Positions 53,377-64,000 of a stretch of 64,000 nucleotides of DNA are shown here, one piece after another (the first letter of the stretch is position 1; each line of letters starts with the position of its first letter). This DNA is from Trichormus sp. ATA11-4-KO1 (GTDB lineage Bacteria; Cyanobacteriota; Cyanobacteriia; Cyanobacteriales; Nostocaceae), in contig JAHHIM010000004.1 of assembly GCA_019358915.1 (NCBI GenBank), positions 115,920 through 179,919 of the forward strand, written 5' to 3'. The notes below the pieces were generated by a model. The model was not told the origin of the DNA. It worked only from the letters and a program-made list of their open reading frames with translations, and made no database searches. The position numbers were made by a program, and so were the translations under genes.

Positions 53377-54822
53377 GTGACTGTAAGAGTCCGTCTTGCA
53401 CCGAGTCCAACCGGTAATTTACATATTGGTACAGCTAGAACTGCTGTATTTAACTGGCTATTTGCCCACCACCACGGTGGGAAGTTCATTCTACGTATTG
53501 AAGATACAGACCTAGAGCGATCGCGTCCCGAATACACTGCAAATATTCTTGCTGGATTAAGCTGGCTGGGGTTGAATTGGGATGAAGGGCCATTCTTTCA
53601 ATCCCAACGCCTGGATATGTATAAAGAGGCGGTAGAAAAACTTTTAGAGCAAGGATTAGCCTATCGCTGCTACACCACCTCTGAAGAACTAGAAGCACTA
53701 CGAGAAGCTCAGAAAGCCAGAGGCGAAGCTCCCCGCTACGATAACCGTCACCGTAATTTGACACCAGAACAAGAAGCAGCCTATCAAGCCGAAGGCCGTA
53801 GCTTCGTGATTCGTTTCCAAATTGATCATGAACGAGAAATTGTCTGGAATGACCTAGTACGGGGAAAAATGACATGGCGAGGTAGCGATCTCGGTGGTGA
53901 TATGGTCATTGCTCGTGCTTCCGCAGCAGGTATTGGTCAACCACTGTACAACTTTGCCGTTGTAGTAGATGACATCGATATGCAAATCACCCATGTCATT
54001 CGGGGAGAAGATCACATAGCTAACACCGCCAAGCAAATTTTGTTATATGAAGCTTTCGGGACCAAGATTCCTGAATTTGCGCATACACCCCTGATTTTGA
54101 ACATGGAAGGACGCAAGCTTTCTAAACGCGATGGAGTCACTTCGATTACTGACTTTCAAAACATGGGGTTTACCCCTGGAGGCTTGGTAAATTACATGAC
54201 ATTGCTGGGTTGGTCACCGCCAGATTCCACTGAAGAGATATTCACCTTAGAAACCGCAGCTAAAGAGTTTAGCTTTGAGCGCGTGAATAAAGCCGGGGCT
54301 AAGTTTGATTGGGCAAAACTGGATTGGTTAAACAGTCAGTATATTCACAACATGCCAATAGATAAACTCACAGATTTAGTCATACCGTTTTGGCAAACGG
54401 CTGGATTTACATTTGCAGGAGGACGAGAACGCCCTTGGTTAGAGCAGTTGGTAACTTTAATCAGCCAAAGTTTAACTCGTCTGGTAGATGCTGTAGCCAT
54501 GAGTCAACCGTTTTTTAGTGAAACAGTTGAATTTAGTGAAGAAGCCAGCCAACAACTCAAACAAGAAGGTTCAGTTGTTGCTCTGCAAACAATTCTCACA
54601 GCGTTAGAAAATCAGCCCCAACTTTTGGAAGCAACCGCCCAAGACATAATCAAACAGGTAGTAAAAGAGCAAAAACTGAAGAAAGGCTTAGTTATGCGAT
54701 CGCTCAGAGCCGCCTTAACAGGAGATGTTCATGGCCCCGATCTCATCCAATCTTGGTTACTTCTCAATCAGATTGGTTTAGACAAGCCACGCTTGAGTAA
54801 AGCCATCACCGCAGCCAGTTAG
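53377..54822 (+). CDS. gltX: Glutamate-tRNA ligase
   Basis: [31 protein letters not shown]. Confidence 0.98.
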   Translation: MTVRVRLAPSPTGNLHIGTARTAVFNWLFAHHHGGKFILRIEDTDLERSRPEYTANILAGLSWLGLNWDEGPFFQSQRLDMYKEAVEKLLEQGLAYRCYTTSEELEALREAQKARGEAPRYDNRHRNLTPEQEAAYQAEGRSFVIRFQIDHEREIVWNDLVRGKMTWRGSDLGGDMVIARASAAGIGQPLYNFAVVVDDIDMQITHVIRGEDHIANTAKQILLYEAFGTKIPEFAHTPLILNMEGRKLSKRDGVTSITDFQNMGFTPGGLVNYMTLLGWSPPDSTEEIFTLETAAKEFSFERVNKAGAKFDWAKLDWLNSQYIHNMPIDKLTDLVIPFWQTAGFTFAGGRERPWLEQLVTLISQSLTRLVDAVAMSQPFFSETVEFSEEASQQLKQEGSVVALQTILTALENQPQLLEATAQDIIKQVVKEQKLKKGLVMRSLRAALTGDVHGPDLIQSWLLLNQIGLDKPRLSKAITAAS

Positions 54823-54830
54823 CGATGCTT

Positions 54831-54859
54831 GGTGTACACACAAATCGTTTGTGTACACC
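54831..54859. repeat. Hairpin that looks like two joined MITE ends
   Basis: GGTGTACACA-N9-TGTGTACACC directly after the gltX stop. Confidence 0.6.
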
Positions 54860-54978
54860 GTAGCTAGTTGCTCAAAATCAAAATAGATAGTATCAAAAAG
54901 AGCGTTTTGTTTAATTAATAAAGCTTCAATTCGTCCTTGGAATAAGCTGGATGCACGAAATATCGGCACGCTTTCTAC

Positions 54979-55083
54979 GGAAAATAATCCCAGCAGTGTA
55001 GGTGTTGTACGAGCAATTGACTGGTCTGACCATTGCCGTTGAGTTTCCATTTCCAGATGTTTCCTCACCTCGACTTTATCCAT
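54979..55083 (-). pseudogene. DDE transposase fragment (IS701/IS4-like)
   Basis: EVRKHLEMETQRQWSDQSIARTTPTLLGLFS resembles the E.R.HLG.ETQRQWSD.AI.RTTP.L.GLFS segment of such transposases. Confidence 0.7.
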
Positions 55084-55438
55084 TTTCTCGCTACGCGGTA
55101 ATGAAAATTAAGTCTATTTGGGAGTAATACAAGCTTTATTTTTGATGATTAAAAACTTACTAATAGTAATTAGTATTAAATAACTAAATTTGATTATTTA
55201 TTGATTACAAGTCTATATTCAATGTACACAAATAATATTAAATAAATAAAACAATATAAAGTTTTAAATTTTAAATTTTAAATTCTTATCTTCTAGCTAG
55301 TTACTTTGTCGGCAAGAACAAAGAATATATGTTAAAATTGTATCGAAATATGGCAATTATTCAAGATTAATTGAGAATAAGTTTGCGCTTTATCAACTTT
55401 AAGGGCCACAATCTACGTTTTTTGGAGTTTTTTAGGTT

Positions 55439-58024
55439 ATGACAACCTCACAGGAGAGGATTATCCCGACAGACCTGCGGAACGAAATGTCCCAGTCTTA
55501 TCTGGAATACGCCATGAGTGTTATTGTGGGTCGGGCGCTGCCAGATGCCAGGGATGGTCTGAAACCTGTGCATCGTCGCATTCTCTACGCCATGCACGAG
55601 CTGGGTTTGACTCACGATCGCCCGTTTCGCAAATGCGCCCGTGTGGTGGGGGAAGTTTTAGGTAAGTATCACCCCCACGGCGATACAGCAGTGTATGACG
55701 CGCTGGTGCGGATGGCACAGGATTTTTCCATGCGATCACCCCTAATTAACGGGCATGGTAACTTTGGTTCAGTAGACAATGATCCGCCTGCGGCAATGCG
55801 ATACACAGAATGCCGCTTACAAGCTTTAACTAGTAACTCCCTGCTGCAAGACATTGAATCGGAAACCGTAGACTTTATCGATAACTTCGACGGTTCCCAA
55901 CAAGAACCGACAGTCTTACCATCACGTATTCCCCAACTGCTACTCAATGGTTCCTCCGGGATTGCCGTGGGTATGGCGACGAATATTCCACCCCACAACT
56001 TAGGCGAATTGATTGATGGCTTGGTGGCATTGATTCACAACTCGGAAATCACTGATTTAGAGTTAATGGAGTATATCCAAGGGCCAGACTTTCCCACTGG
56101 GGCGCAAATTTTAGGCACAGCAGCCATTCGGGAAGCTTACACCACTGGACGCGGTTCGATTACCATGCGTGGCGTAGCTACCATTGAAACCATTGAACAA
56201 CGGGGACGACCAGATAGAGAAGCAATTATTATCACCGAGTTGCCCTACCAAACCAACAAAGCCGGGCTGATTGAAAAAATCGCCGAAATGGTCAACGAAA
56301 AGCGTCTGGAGGGGATTGCAGATATCCGGGATGAAAGCGATCGCGACGGGATGCGAATCGTCATCGAACTCAAGCGCGATGCTTACCCCCGCGTAGTCCT
56401 AAATAACCTCTACAAGCAAACCCCACTGCAATCCAACTTTGGGGCGAATATGCTGGCGTTGGTAAATGGGGAACCGCAAATCCTCAACCTGAAAAAGTTC
56501 TTAGAAGTCTTCCTAGATTTTCGCATCGAATCTATTACCAGACGTACCCGCTACGAACTACGCAAAGCTGAAGCTCGTGACCATATTTTACAGGGTTTAT
56601 TGATTGCCTTATCTCAGTTAGATGCAATTATTAACTTGATTCGTCATGCACCTGATGCACCTACAGCTAAAGGTGAGTTAATTACGACTTATGGGCTTTC
56701 GGAAGTGCAAGCCGATGCCATTTTACAAATGCAACTGCGGCGGTTGACTGCCCTAGAAGCAGACAAAATTCGCCAAGAACACGAAGATTTACAAACGCAG
56801 ATTGCCGATTTGCAAGATATTTTGGCCCGGCGAGAACGGATACTAGAAATTATTGAAACCGAAATCACCCAACTGAAAACTAGCTTCGCTACACCCCGGC
56901 GTACAGTAATTTTACCAGGGGAAGGGGAAATAGATGAGCGTGACCTGATTGCCAACGAAAAGGCCATCATTCTCCTGACAGAGCAAGGTTACATTAAACG
57001 GATGCCCGTTAGCACCTTTGAAGCTCAAAGTCGGGCTACCAGAGGCAAAGCCGCAGCCAAGGTCAAAGACGATGATACTGTTGAACATTTCTTGACTTGT
57101 TGCGACCATGACAGTGTTTTATTCTTTAGCGATCGCGGCGTCGTCTACTGCTTAAAAGCCTATCAAATTCCTGTGGGTTCTCGTACCAGTCGTGGTACAC
57201 CCATTGTGCAAATGTTGCCTATTCCCAGAGAAGAAAAAATCACCTCGATTGTCCCTGTAGATGAGTTTAGCCGGGAAGAATATTTGGTTATGCTCACCAA
57301 GGGCGGCAATATAAAAAAAACCGAATTAGCCGCATTTAGTAACATCAGGGCTAACGGCTTAATAGCCATTTCCCTTGAAGAAGGCGACCAATTGCGCTGG
57401 GTGCGACGTGCGAGAGTCGAGGACAGCATACTTGTTGGTTCTCGTCTAGGTATGGCCATTCACTTTAGATGTACCCACGAACAGTTGCGTCCTTTAAGTA
57501 GAGCAACTCGTGGCGTGAGAGCCATGAAACTGAAGAAAGGGGATGAACTAGTAGGAATGGATATACTTCCAGCCGCCATTCTAGACACCTTAAATACAGA
57601 TGTAGCCGAAATAGAAGAAATTGATAGCGCAGAAATCGAAAATCAGGAGGAATCCACCGAAGTACCAAGTAACGGCAATATAGGCCCTTGGGTGTTAGTG
57701 ATTACAATAGGTGGATATGGTAAGCGCGTACCAGTTGCTCAGTTTAGATTGCAAAATCGTGCTGGTCAGGGTTTAATGGCAACCAAATTTAAAAACCGCA
57801 AAGGTAAAGACCAATTGGCAACCCTACGCATTGTGAACAACGATAATGATGAAATCATGATGGTCACCAATCGCGGTATTATCATTCGTCAGTCCGTCAG
57901 TGCAATTTCTGTACAATCGCGATCGGCGACTGGGGTGAGAGTGCAGCGCCTCGATGAAGATGACGCCATTAACGGTGTAGCTATAGTTCCTCCCGATACA
58001 GTCGATGTGGAAGAAACTGAGTAA
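55439..58024 (+). CDS. gyrA: DNA gyrase subunit A
   Basis: [26 protein letters not shown] catalytic Tyr, GyrA-box-like QSRATRGK, pinwheel repeats. Confidence 0.96.
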   Translation: MTTSQERIIPTDLRNEMSQSYLEYAMSVIVGRALPDARDGLKPVHRRILYAMHELGLTHDRPFRKCARVVGEVLGKYHPHGDTAVYDALVRMAQDFSMRSPLINGHGNFGSVDNDPPAAMRYTECRLQALTSNSLLQDIESETVDFIDNFDGSQQEPTVLPSRIPQLLLNGSSGIAVGMATNIPPHNLGELIDGLVALIHNSEITDLELMEYIQGPDFPTGAQILGTAAIREAYTTGRGSITMRGVATIETIEQRGRPDREAIIITELPYQTNKAGLIEKIAEMVNEKRLEGIADIRDESDRDGMRIVIELKRDAYPRVVLNNLYKQTPLQSNFGANMLALVNGEPQILNLKKFLEVFLDFRIESITRRTRYELRKAEARDHILQGLLIALSQLDAIINLIRHAPDAPTAKGELITTYGLSEVQADAILQMQLRRLTALEADKIRQEHEDLQTQIADLQDILARRERILEIIETEITQLKTSFATPRRTVILPGEGEIDERDLIANEKAIILLTEQGYIKRMPVSTFEAQSRATRGKAAAKVKDDDTVEHFLTCCDHDSVLFFSDRGVVYCLKAYQIPVGSRTSRGTPIVQMLPIPREEKITSIVPVDEFSREEYLVMLTKGGNIKKTELAAFSNIRANGLIAISLEEGDQLRWVRRARVEDSILVGSRLGMAIHFRCTHEQLRPLSRATRGVRAMKLKKGDELVGMDILPAAILDTLNTDVAEIEEIDSAEIENQEESTEVPSNGNIGPWVLVITIGGYGKRVPVAQFRLQNRAGQGLMATKFKNRKGKDQLATLRIVNNDNDEIMMVTNRGIIIRQSVSAISVQSRSATGVRVQRLDEDDAINGVAIVPPDTVDVEETE

Positions 58025-59633
58025 AAATCACAGGGAGAAGTTAACAAACTCACTCCCTTACTTCATCACCTTCGCTAGCGGCATTTTTATGGGGCTAACC
58101 GTAGCCCCCATTGGTGCATGGTTTTTGGCATGGATAGCCCTAGCCCCTCTCTGGGTTTTAATAGTTAAAAATGAAAAATTAAAAATTAAAAATATTAAAG
58201 ATTTAATTTTTAATTCTCAATTTTTAATTCCCCTCACCTGGGGTGTCGGCTATCACGGTGTTGCCCTCTCCTGGATTACTGGCATATATCCCATGGATTG
58301 GTTAGGTGTTCCTTGGTTACCGGGTTTGACAATCACCTTATTTTGTTGGTCATTTGTCAGCCTGTATGGAGGATTACTCGTTACCTTGTGGGCAACTTTG
58401 ATGACGCGTCTAACTAAACACAAATCCTGGCTACGTATTCTTGTGGGTACAGCGCTTTGGTGTGGTTTAGAAAGCCTATGGAGTGCAGGCCCTTTATGGT
58501 GGAGTTCACTCGCTTACACCCAAAGCCCACACAATCTAGTAATTTTACACCTCGGTCAACTATCCGGTCCCAACACCATTACAGCTGCTATCGTTGCAGT
58601 TAACGGCATACTAGCTGAAGGATGGATTAACCGCCAAAACGCCAAGAACGCCAAGAATTACTCTGTGTTCTCTGCGCCTCTGTGGTTAGTTAATCAAAAC
58701 CTAGCTATCGCCGCAGGACTACTAATTACCTTACACCTAACAGGCTTTTATTTATACACCCGCCCCATCGCCCAACCAGCAGCAGCAGCCTTAAAAGTCG
58801 GCATCGTTCAAGGTAATATCCCCAACAAAATTAAACTCATACCCGAAGGTTTACGGCGAGCGATCGCAGGCTACACCAGTGGATATTACACTTTAGTAGA
58901 CCAAGGTGTAGGTGCAGTCCTCACCCCAGAAGGAGCCTTGCCTTTTTTCCAGCGTGACTTACCGAACACTAACTTAATCTCAGCAGTGCAAGAAAAAGGC
59001 GTAGTTGCTTGGATTGGAGCTTTTGGGGAACGGGGACGCAGCTATACAAATAGTTTATTTACTATCACTGGTAGCGGTGAAATTGTCAGCCGTTACGACA
59101 AAGCCAAGCTAGTACCGTTAGGAGAATATATACCTTTTGAAAATATTTTAGGTGGTATAATTCAGCGCTTGTCACCACTGGAAGCCCATCAAGTTGCCGG
59201 TGCAACAAATCAGATATTTGACACCCCATTTGGTCAGGCGATCGCAGGTATATGCTACGATTCAGCTTTCCCAGAAATCTTTCGTCGTCAAGCTGCTGCT
59301 GGTGGGCAATTTATCCTGAGTTCTTCCAACGATGCCCATTACAGCCCCTCCATGCCATTTCAGCATCACGCCTTAGATATAATGCGGGCAATTGAAACTG
59401 ATAGATGGTCAGTTCGGGCCACTAACACAGGATATTCAGGCTTTATCGATCCTCATGGCAAAACCTTATGGATATCTGGATATAACACTTACGAAACTCA
59501 TGCAGAGACCATATATAGAAGGCAAACCAAGACCTTGTATGTGCGTTGGGGTGATTGGTTGACGGTTGTATTGTTGGGTTTGAGTGTCTTAGGTTACTTG
59601 AAACAGTCCTTAGTAAAAAGTACTAGCCTTTAG
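58005..59633 (+). CDS. lnt: Apolipoprotein N-acyltransferase
   Basis: Multiple TM helices, [38 protein letters not shown]. Confidence 0.93.
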   Translation: MWKKLSKNHREKLTNSLPYFITFASGIFMGLTVAPIGAWFLAWIALAPLWVLIVKNEKLKIKNIKDLIFNSQFLIPLTWGVGYHGVALSWITGIYPMDWLGVPWLPGLTITLFCWSFVSLYGGLLVTLWATLMTRLTKHKSWLRILVGTALWCGLESLWSAGPLWWSSLAYTQSPHNLVILHLGQLSGPNTITAAIVAVNGILAEGWINRQNAKNAKNYSVFSAPLWLVNQNLAIAAGLLITLHLTGFYLYTRPIAQPAAAALKVGIVQGNIPNKIKLIPEGLRRAIAGYTSGYYTLVDQGVGAVLTPEGALPFFQRDLPNTNLISAVQEKGVVAWIGAFGERGRSYTNSLFTITGSGEIVSRYDKAKLVPLGEYIPFENILGGIIQRLSPLEAHQVAGATNQIFDTPFGQAIAGICYDSAFPEIFRRQAAAGGQFILSSSNDAHYSPSMPFQHHALDIMRAIETDRWSVRATNTGYSGFIDPHGKTLWISGYNTYETHAETIYRRQTKTLYVRWGDWLTVVLLGLSVLGYLKQSLVKSTSL

Positions 59634-59647
59634 CCCCTAAACTCTTT

Positions 59648-59950
59648 TTCAACTGCACCACTACCAAGTGGTAGCTGATAAGCGGCGACTAGAGGATAGT
59701 TTAATAGTCGTCGACGATAAGCTTTGAGAATATAATTGCGCTCTCGTACCAGAATTTTACAACGTTCTCCAGTAGCCTGGGAAATAAATTCACCCATATT
59801 TCTCATTAAATCGAGAGTTTGACCTTTTTTTAAAGCTTTCCGAGCTTTTTTAAACCACGATTGACGCTCATTATCTGTAGTAAAAGCAGCATCGGCGAAA
59901 TCTTGTAAATGTGAAGCAGCGTGGTAAAAATCTAATAGTTGATAAAACGT
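59648..59950 (-). pseudogene. Internal transposase fragment, ISKra4/ISLre2 (UPF0236) type
   Basis: Manual translation TFYQLLDFYHAASHL...YQLPLGSGAVE contains the D.YH and P.GSG.VE motifs; lacks start and both ends. Confidence 0.85.
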
Positions 59951-59980
59951 TTAATAACATTGATAAGTGAATTCATAATG

Positions 59981-60091
59981 GGCGTTGCTGATTGAAAATA
60001 TGAATTTATCTCGCGCAAAGGCGCAAAGGCGCAAAGGTACAAAGAAAAATCAGGGTGATTTTAGCATTTCATATTCTGATTCAGCAACGCC
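59981..60091. mobile_element. 111-bp MITE with perfect 11-bp TIRs and 8-bp target duplication
   Basis: GGCGTTGCTGA...TCAGCAACGCC flanked by TCATAATG (59973-59980, 60092-60099). Confidence 0.9.
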
Positions 60092-60112
60092 TCATAATGG
60101 ATATCTCTTTGT

Positions 60113-61738
60113 TTACCTGACATTCTTGAGGCTATCCACAGAAGAACTAAACATATCAGTAAAAATTGAGATTACCTTTCGTTCTCGAATCTTAATATTT
60201 GTACTCACACCCATCCCTGATTGCAAAGTAACATTACGTCCCGAAACCATGAACTGCTGACTATCAAGCTGTACTTTTGCCGGGAACCTGTAGAATGGGT
60301 AAATCTGATCTGGTGGTAAAGCATCAGAACCAATCCAAATCAACTTACCTTTGACATCACCAAATTCACTAAAAGGAAACGAATCAATCCGGACATCCAC
60401 CATCATGTCCTGCTGGACAAAACCAATATCTTTATTGGTGATATACACCTTAGCAATGAGTGTGTCATTGGGAACAACTTTGAGAATTGGTTCACTGGAA
60501 GTCACTACAAATCCTGGAGTATGAGCCTTGAGTTCAAAAATTGTCCCAGCAACAGGAGCAACAAGTTCCTGATACTTCAAATTCATTTGGGTTTGAATGA
60601 TTTGCGAATCAATCTCAGCAATCTGTTTATGATTTTCGACAATAGCTTTTGTTAACTGTGAATCAATTTCAGCAATTTTTTTATAATTTTCGGCAATTTG
60701 ATTGAGCCAATCTCTACGTGACAAAGCAATAGTATTAGCTAACTGAGCTTGAGATTGAGTAATAGCTGACTGCAAACGAGCCTTTTCTTGAGTAAGATAG
60801 TCAATCTCACTTTGAGTGTTGCGAACCTCTTGCTGTTGTTTGAGATACTGAAGTCTGGAGATAGCACCATCTTTCATTAATGGAGTGACATCATCAAGTA
60901 TCCCTTGATTGATTGCCAGATTATCTAAATTAGTAGCTAATCTAATTTGGGCTTGCTGTAATTGGTGCTGAAATTGATGAATTTCTGATTGGGCTGCTTG
61001 CACACGAGCATTTAATTCAGATTGATGAGATTGGAGACGTTCTTGTTGCTCAGAGGTGAGTGGAATCTTATTATTTTTACCATTTAATTGAGCGCGGTAC
61101 ACCTGATTTTCTGCCACTAAAGCCACTCGACTTTTGGTTAAATCTATCATGGGACTGGAGATTTTTCCAGTCGAGATATCTGGTGTGTTAATGCCTTTTA
61201 ATTGAGATTGATAAAATTGATTCTCGTGAATTAAACTAGCACGAATTGTTTGCAGCGAATCTAACTGTGCTTTGGCTGTTGTATTATCAAGAGATAAAAG
61301 ACGTTCTCCAGCTTTTACTGTTTGACCATCTGCGACAAAGATTTCTTTAACTACCCCACCTACAGGTGCTTGTACTTCTTTGGTTGCGCCTGATGCTTCT
61401 AGTTTACCAGTAGCTGATACTGCTTCTTCAATGGTGGCTACGTTTGCCCAAAGAATTGCCCCTGCTGTCGAAAGCATTAATCCCCATAAAATTGCTCTCG
61501 ACCAAGTACGAGGTTGTTTCAATATTACTGGTTGGTCAAACTTAGGAACATAACGCGGTGTATTTGCAGGTAGTTTTGGTTGGATTTCAGAAGTTTGAGG
61601 AGTTTGGGTTACTATTTGTTCTAATTGTTGGATAGAAACTCTTTCTGGCATTGATGAATGAGTATGACCATTTCCATTGGTACTATGATTTGAATATTTT
61701 CCCTTCCCATTTGTGCCATTTCGATTATTAGTATCCAT
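60113..61738 (-). CDS. HlyD family type I secretion membrane fusion protein
   Basis: TM anchor, ATGKLE, APVGGVV, long coiled coil, APVAG, DIGFV, FPFSEFG, LQSGM. Confidence 0.93.
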   Translation of the reverse strand: MDTNNRNGTNGKGKYSNHSTNGNGHTHSSMPERVSIQQLEQIVTQTPQTSEIQPKLPANTPRYVPKFDQPVILKQPRTWSRAILWGLMLSTAGAILWANVATIEEAVSATGKLEASGATKEVQAPVGGVVKEIFVADGQTVKAGERLLSLDNTTAKAQLDSLQTIRASLIHENQFYQSQLKGINTPDISTGKISSPMIDLTKSRVALVAENQVYRAQLNGKNNKIPLTSEQQERLQSHQSELNARVQAAQSEIHQFQHQLQQAQIRLATNLDNLAINQGILDDVTPLMKDGAISRLQYLKQQQEVRNTQSEIDYLTQEKARLQSAITQSQAQLANTIALSRRDWLNQIAENYKKIAEIDSQLTKAIVENHKQIAEIDSQIIQTQMNLKYQELVAPVAGTIFELKAHTPGFVVTSSEPILKVVPNDTLIAKVYITNKDIGFVQQDMMVDVRIDSFPFSEFGDVKGKLIWIGSDALPPDQIYPFYRFPAKVQLDSQQFMVSGRNVTLQSGMGVSTNIKIRERKVISIFTDMFSSSVDSLKNVR

Positions 61739-61841
61739 AAATAATTATGTTGAAATTTTTCAGTGGTTATTTATTAGTAAGATAAGGATTAGGTCAGTAT
61801 TAATTGAGGAGATTAATTGAATGTTTATCAATAGCCACCAT

Positions 61842-63878
61842 CTATGCAGCAGCAGCTTCTTGCTGCTGATAAAGGCAGTAATACAATCCTTTCATTGCGA
61901 TTAATTCATCATGAGTTCCTTGTTCTGCTATTTGTCCTTGATTCATCATCAGAATCATATCGGCATTACGAATAGTTGCTAACCTATGAGTAATAAAAAG
62001 TACAGTTCTTCCTTTGAATGCCTGTGCTAGATTTAAACACACCTGACGTTCAGTAGCATAGTCCAAAGCACTGGTAGCTTCGTCTAAAATCAACAGAGGT
62101 GGATTTTGCAGTACAGTACGAGCGATGGCTATTCTTTGTTTTTGTCCCCCAGATAAAGCAGCACCCCTCTCTCCTACACGAGTTTCATAACCATTAGGCA
62201 AATTCATAATAAAATCGTGAGCGCCAGCTATTTTGGCTGCTTCTACGATTTCTTCTGGGGTAGCATCAGGCATCGTTAGGGCAATATTTTCTTGCACTGT
62301 GGTATTAAACAGAAGAGTATCTTGTAGTACCATGCCTATTTGTTGACGCAAGGAGTAGAGTTCAACCTTGCTGATTTCATAACCATCGATAAGGATGCGA
62401 CCAGAATCTAACTCGTACAGACGTGGGATTAATTTTGTTAGGGTACTTTTACCAGCACCGCTTTGTCCTACTACTCCCACAAATGCACCACTAGGAATGT
62501 CAAGACAAATGTTATTAAGTTGTGGGTTAGGACTCTTAGCAAAACTGAAGGTAACGTTTTCATATTTAATGTTTCCAACAATTGTAGGCATAGGAATGTG
62601 ATTGCGTCCAGCAATTTCAGTTTCTTGGGGAGTATCGAGAATATCAGCAAGACGTTCAAGGGATAATGCTGTTTCTTGGAAGTTCTGCCATAGTTGAATT
62701 AACCTTAGTAGAGGACTGGTAACATAGCCTGCAATGATACGGAAAGCAATTAATTCTCCTAATGTCAGTTGCTTTTGCAGTACCAAATATGCACCAACCC
62801 ATAATAATAATAAACTGGATAGTTTGTTGAGAAAATTGCTAAAGGAACTAGCGGTATTGGAGGTAAGGACATTTTGAAAGCTGGCGCTAATATAACGTGC
62901 ATAGCGTGTTTGCCATTGCCATCTGGAATTAAGTTCGATATTTTGGGCTTTAACGGTTTGGATACCAGAAACAACTTCTACTAAATATGATTGAGTTTCG
63001 GCATTTCTTTCAGCTTTGGTTCTGGTTTGTTGGCGAATAATGGGAGCAAATATAAAAGTCAATAAGGCGAATAAAGGTACAGTTGCCAATGCCACGATAG
63101 TCAGCAACCAGCTATACCAAATCATCACGGCAATGTAGATAACAGAGAATATGGCATCCAGCACAACTGTCAAGGCAGTACCTGTAAGGAAAGAACGAAT
63201 ATTCTCTAGTTCATTGATGCGAGATGAAATTTCTCCGACAGGGCGCTTTTCAAAGTAACGTAGTGGCAATCGTAATAAGTGGTCAATAACTTCTGCACCT
63301 AAACTTAAGTCAATTCGATTGGTGGTATCAACAAATAAGTTAGTACGTAGCCAAGTAATCACACCTTCTACAACAGCTATTGCAATTAATAAGAAACCTA
63401 AAAGATGAAGGGTATTAATGCCATTTTGAATAATAACTTTATCGATAATTACTTGGGTAATTAAAGGATTCGCTAATCCCAATAGTTGTACGAATAACGA
63501 AGCGATGAAAACTTCTGTTAAGGCAGTACGATGCTTTTTAATTGCCGGAATAAACCAACTTAAATCAAAGCGACGTTGGGGAGTTTCTTTGGTTGCTTGA
63601 AGGAGTAATACTTGACCTGATTCACCCCAAGTTTCAACAAAATCTACTGGCTTTTTATGAACAATGCCTTGTTCGGGGATGGCAAGTACCAATTCTTTTT
63701 CTGATGCTAGGTAGAGGATAGCAAAACCCTCAAGCCAAGGAAGCAGTACGGGTGCGGGGAGTTTAGAGATGGCGACTGCGGGAATGTTAACAAGTTGAGA
63801 TTTCAGTCCCAACAGTTCGGCTACGCCTCCGCACAGTTCAATTGATATTTTGCCAGAGCGTTGATAATTGTTGACTAA
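61842..63878 (-). pseudogene. HlyB-type (peptidase-domain) type I secretion ABC transporter, 3' part, interrupted by an IS
   Basis: ABC membrane domain, GQSGAGKST, LSGGQKQR, LDEATSALD; the first 25 codons of the track ORF lie inside the IS end. Confidence 0.85.
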
Positions 63879-64000
63879 GAGGGTGTTTGAAAAGTCAGAA
63901 AGGTTGTAAAAAAGCTCTCTCAGTATAAGCTGTGAATGAATAGTAAACAGCACCGAGAGAGTGACATGAGTAAAGCTTACCCCAGCAATTTGACCCGTGA
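63879..64000 (+). mobile_element. Left end of an IS5-family (IS1031-type) insertion sequence
   Basis: TIR GAGGGTGTTTGAAAAGTC after a TAA target, followed by a transposase start. Confidence 0.85.
63966..64000 (+). CDS. IS5/IS1031-type transposase, N-terminus only (runs off the window)
   Basis: MSKAYPSNLTR matches the Y(P)S(D/N)L(T/S) start of this group. Confidence 0.8.
   Translation, partial: MSKAYPSNLTR

Noticed and set aside
55664..55699. Thr at the gyrA position equivalent to E. coli Ser83 as a quinolone-resistance change
   Set aside because: [10 protein letters not shown] is, to my knowledge, the usual cyanobacterial sequence
63879..63953. Track start of the 703-aa ABC transporter ORF (MLFTIHSQ...)
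   Set aside because: These codons are the reverse strand of the IS end (LSDFSNTL is the TIR), not the native N-terminus

Overview
This is a chromosomal window from a heterocyst-forming (Nostocales-type) cyanobacterium. The assignment rests on frequent HIP1 octamers (GCGATCGC), heptameric STRR-type repeats, and pds/crtB, ndhH and psaK. Core genes are nagZ, pds-crtB, tRNA-Ser, ndhH, rsmH, sufE, psaK, a patA-cheY-cheW-MCP-cheA taxis operon, hisC, tRNA-Asp, gltX, gyrA and lnt, plus four Ser/Thr kinases and a PAS hybrid histidine kinase. The most notable block is about 7.2 kb (27.5-34.8 kb) bracketed by a 41-bp imperfect direct repeat. It carries MarR, a CDGSH 2Fe-2S protein, an NDH-2-like flavoprotein, DoxX, a DODA-type ring-cleavage dioxygenase, a glutathionyl-hydroquinone reductase, TetR, GST and a PNPOx-like protein, with visible operator palindromes. 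I infer a quinone/catechol-stress module, and a second NDH-2-like + DoxX pair occurs at 45.6-47.6 kb. Other oddities are a rhomboid lacking both catalytic residues, a Pix-type MCP with no GAF domains, and an MNT antitoxin whose HEPN toxin survives as only 15 codons. There are also HIP1-targeted in-frame mini-insertions in three ORFs, nested MITEs with 8-bp target duplications, and an IS5/IS1031-type element interrupting a type I secretion ABC transporter at the right edge. No CRISPR array, rRNA or prophage was seen. All protein calls come from motif recognition, not database searches.
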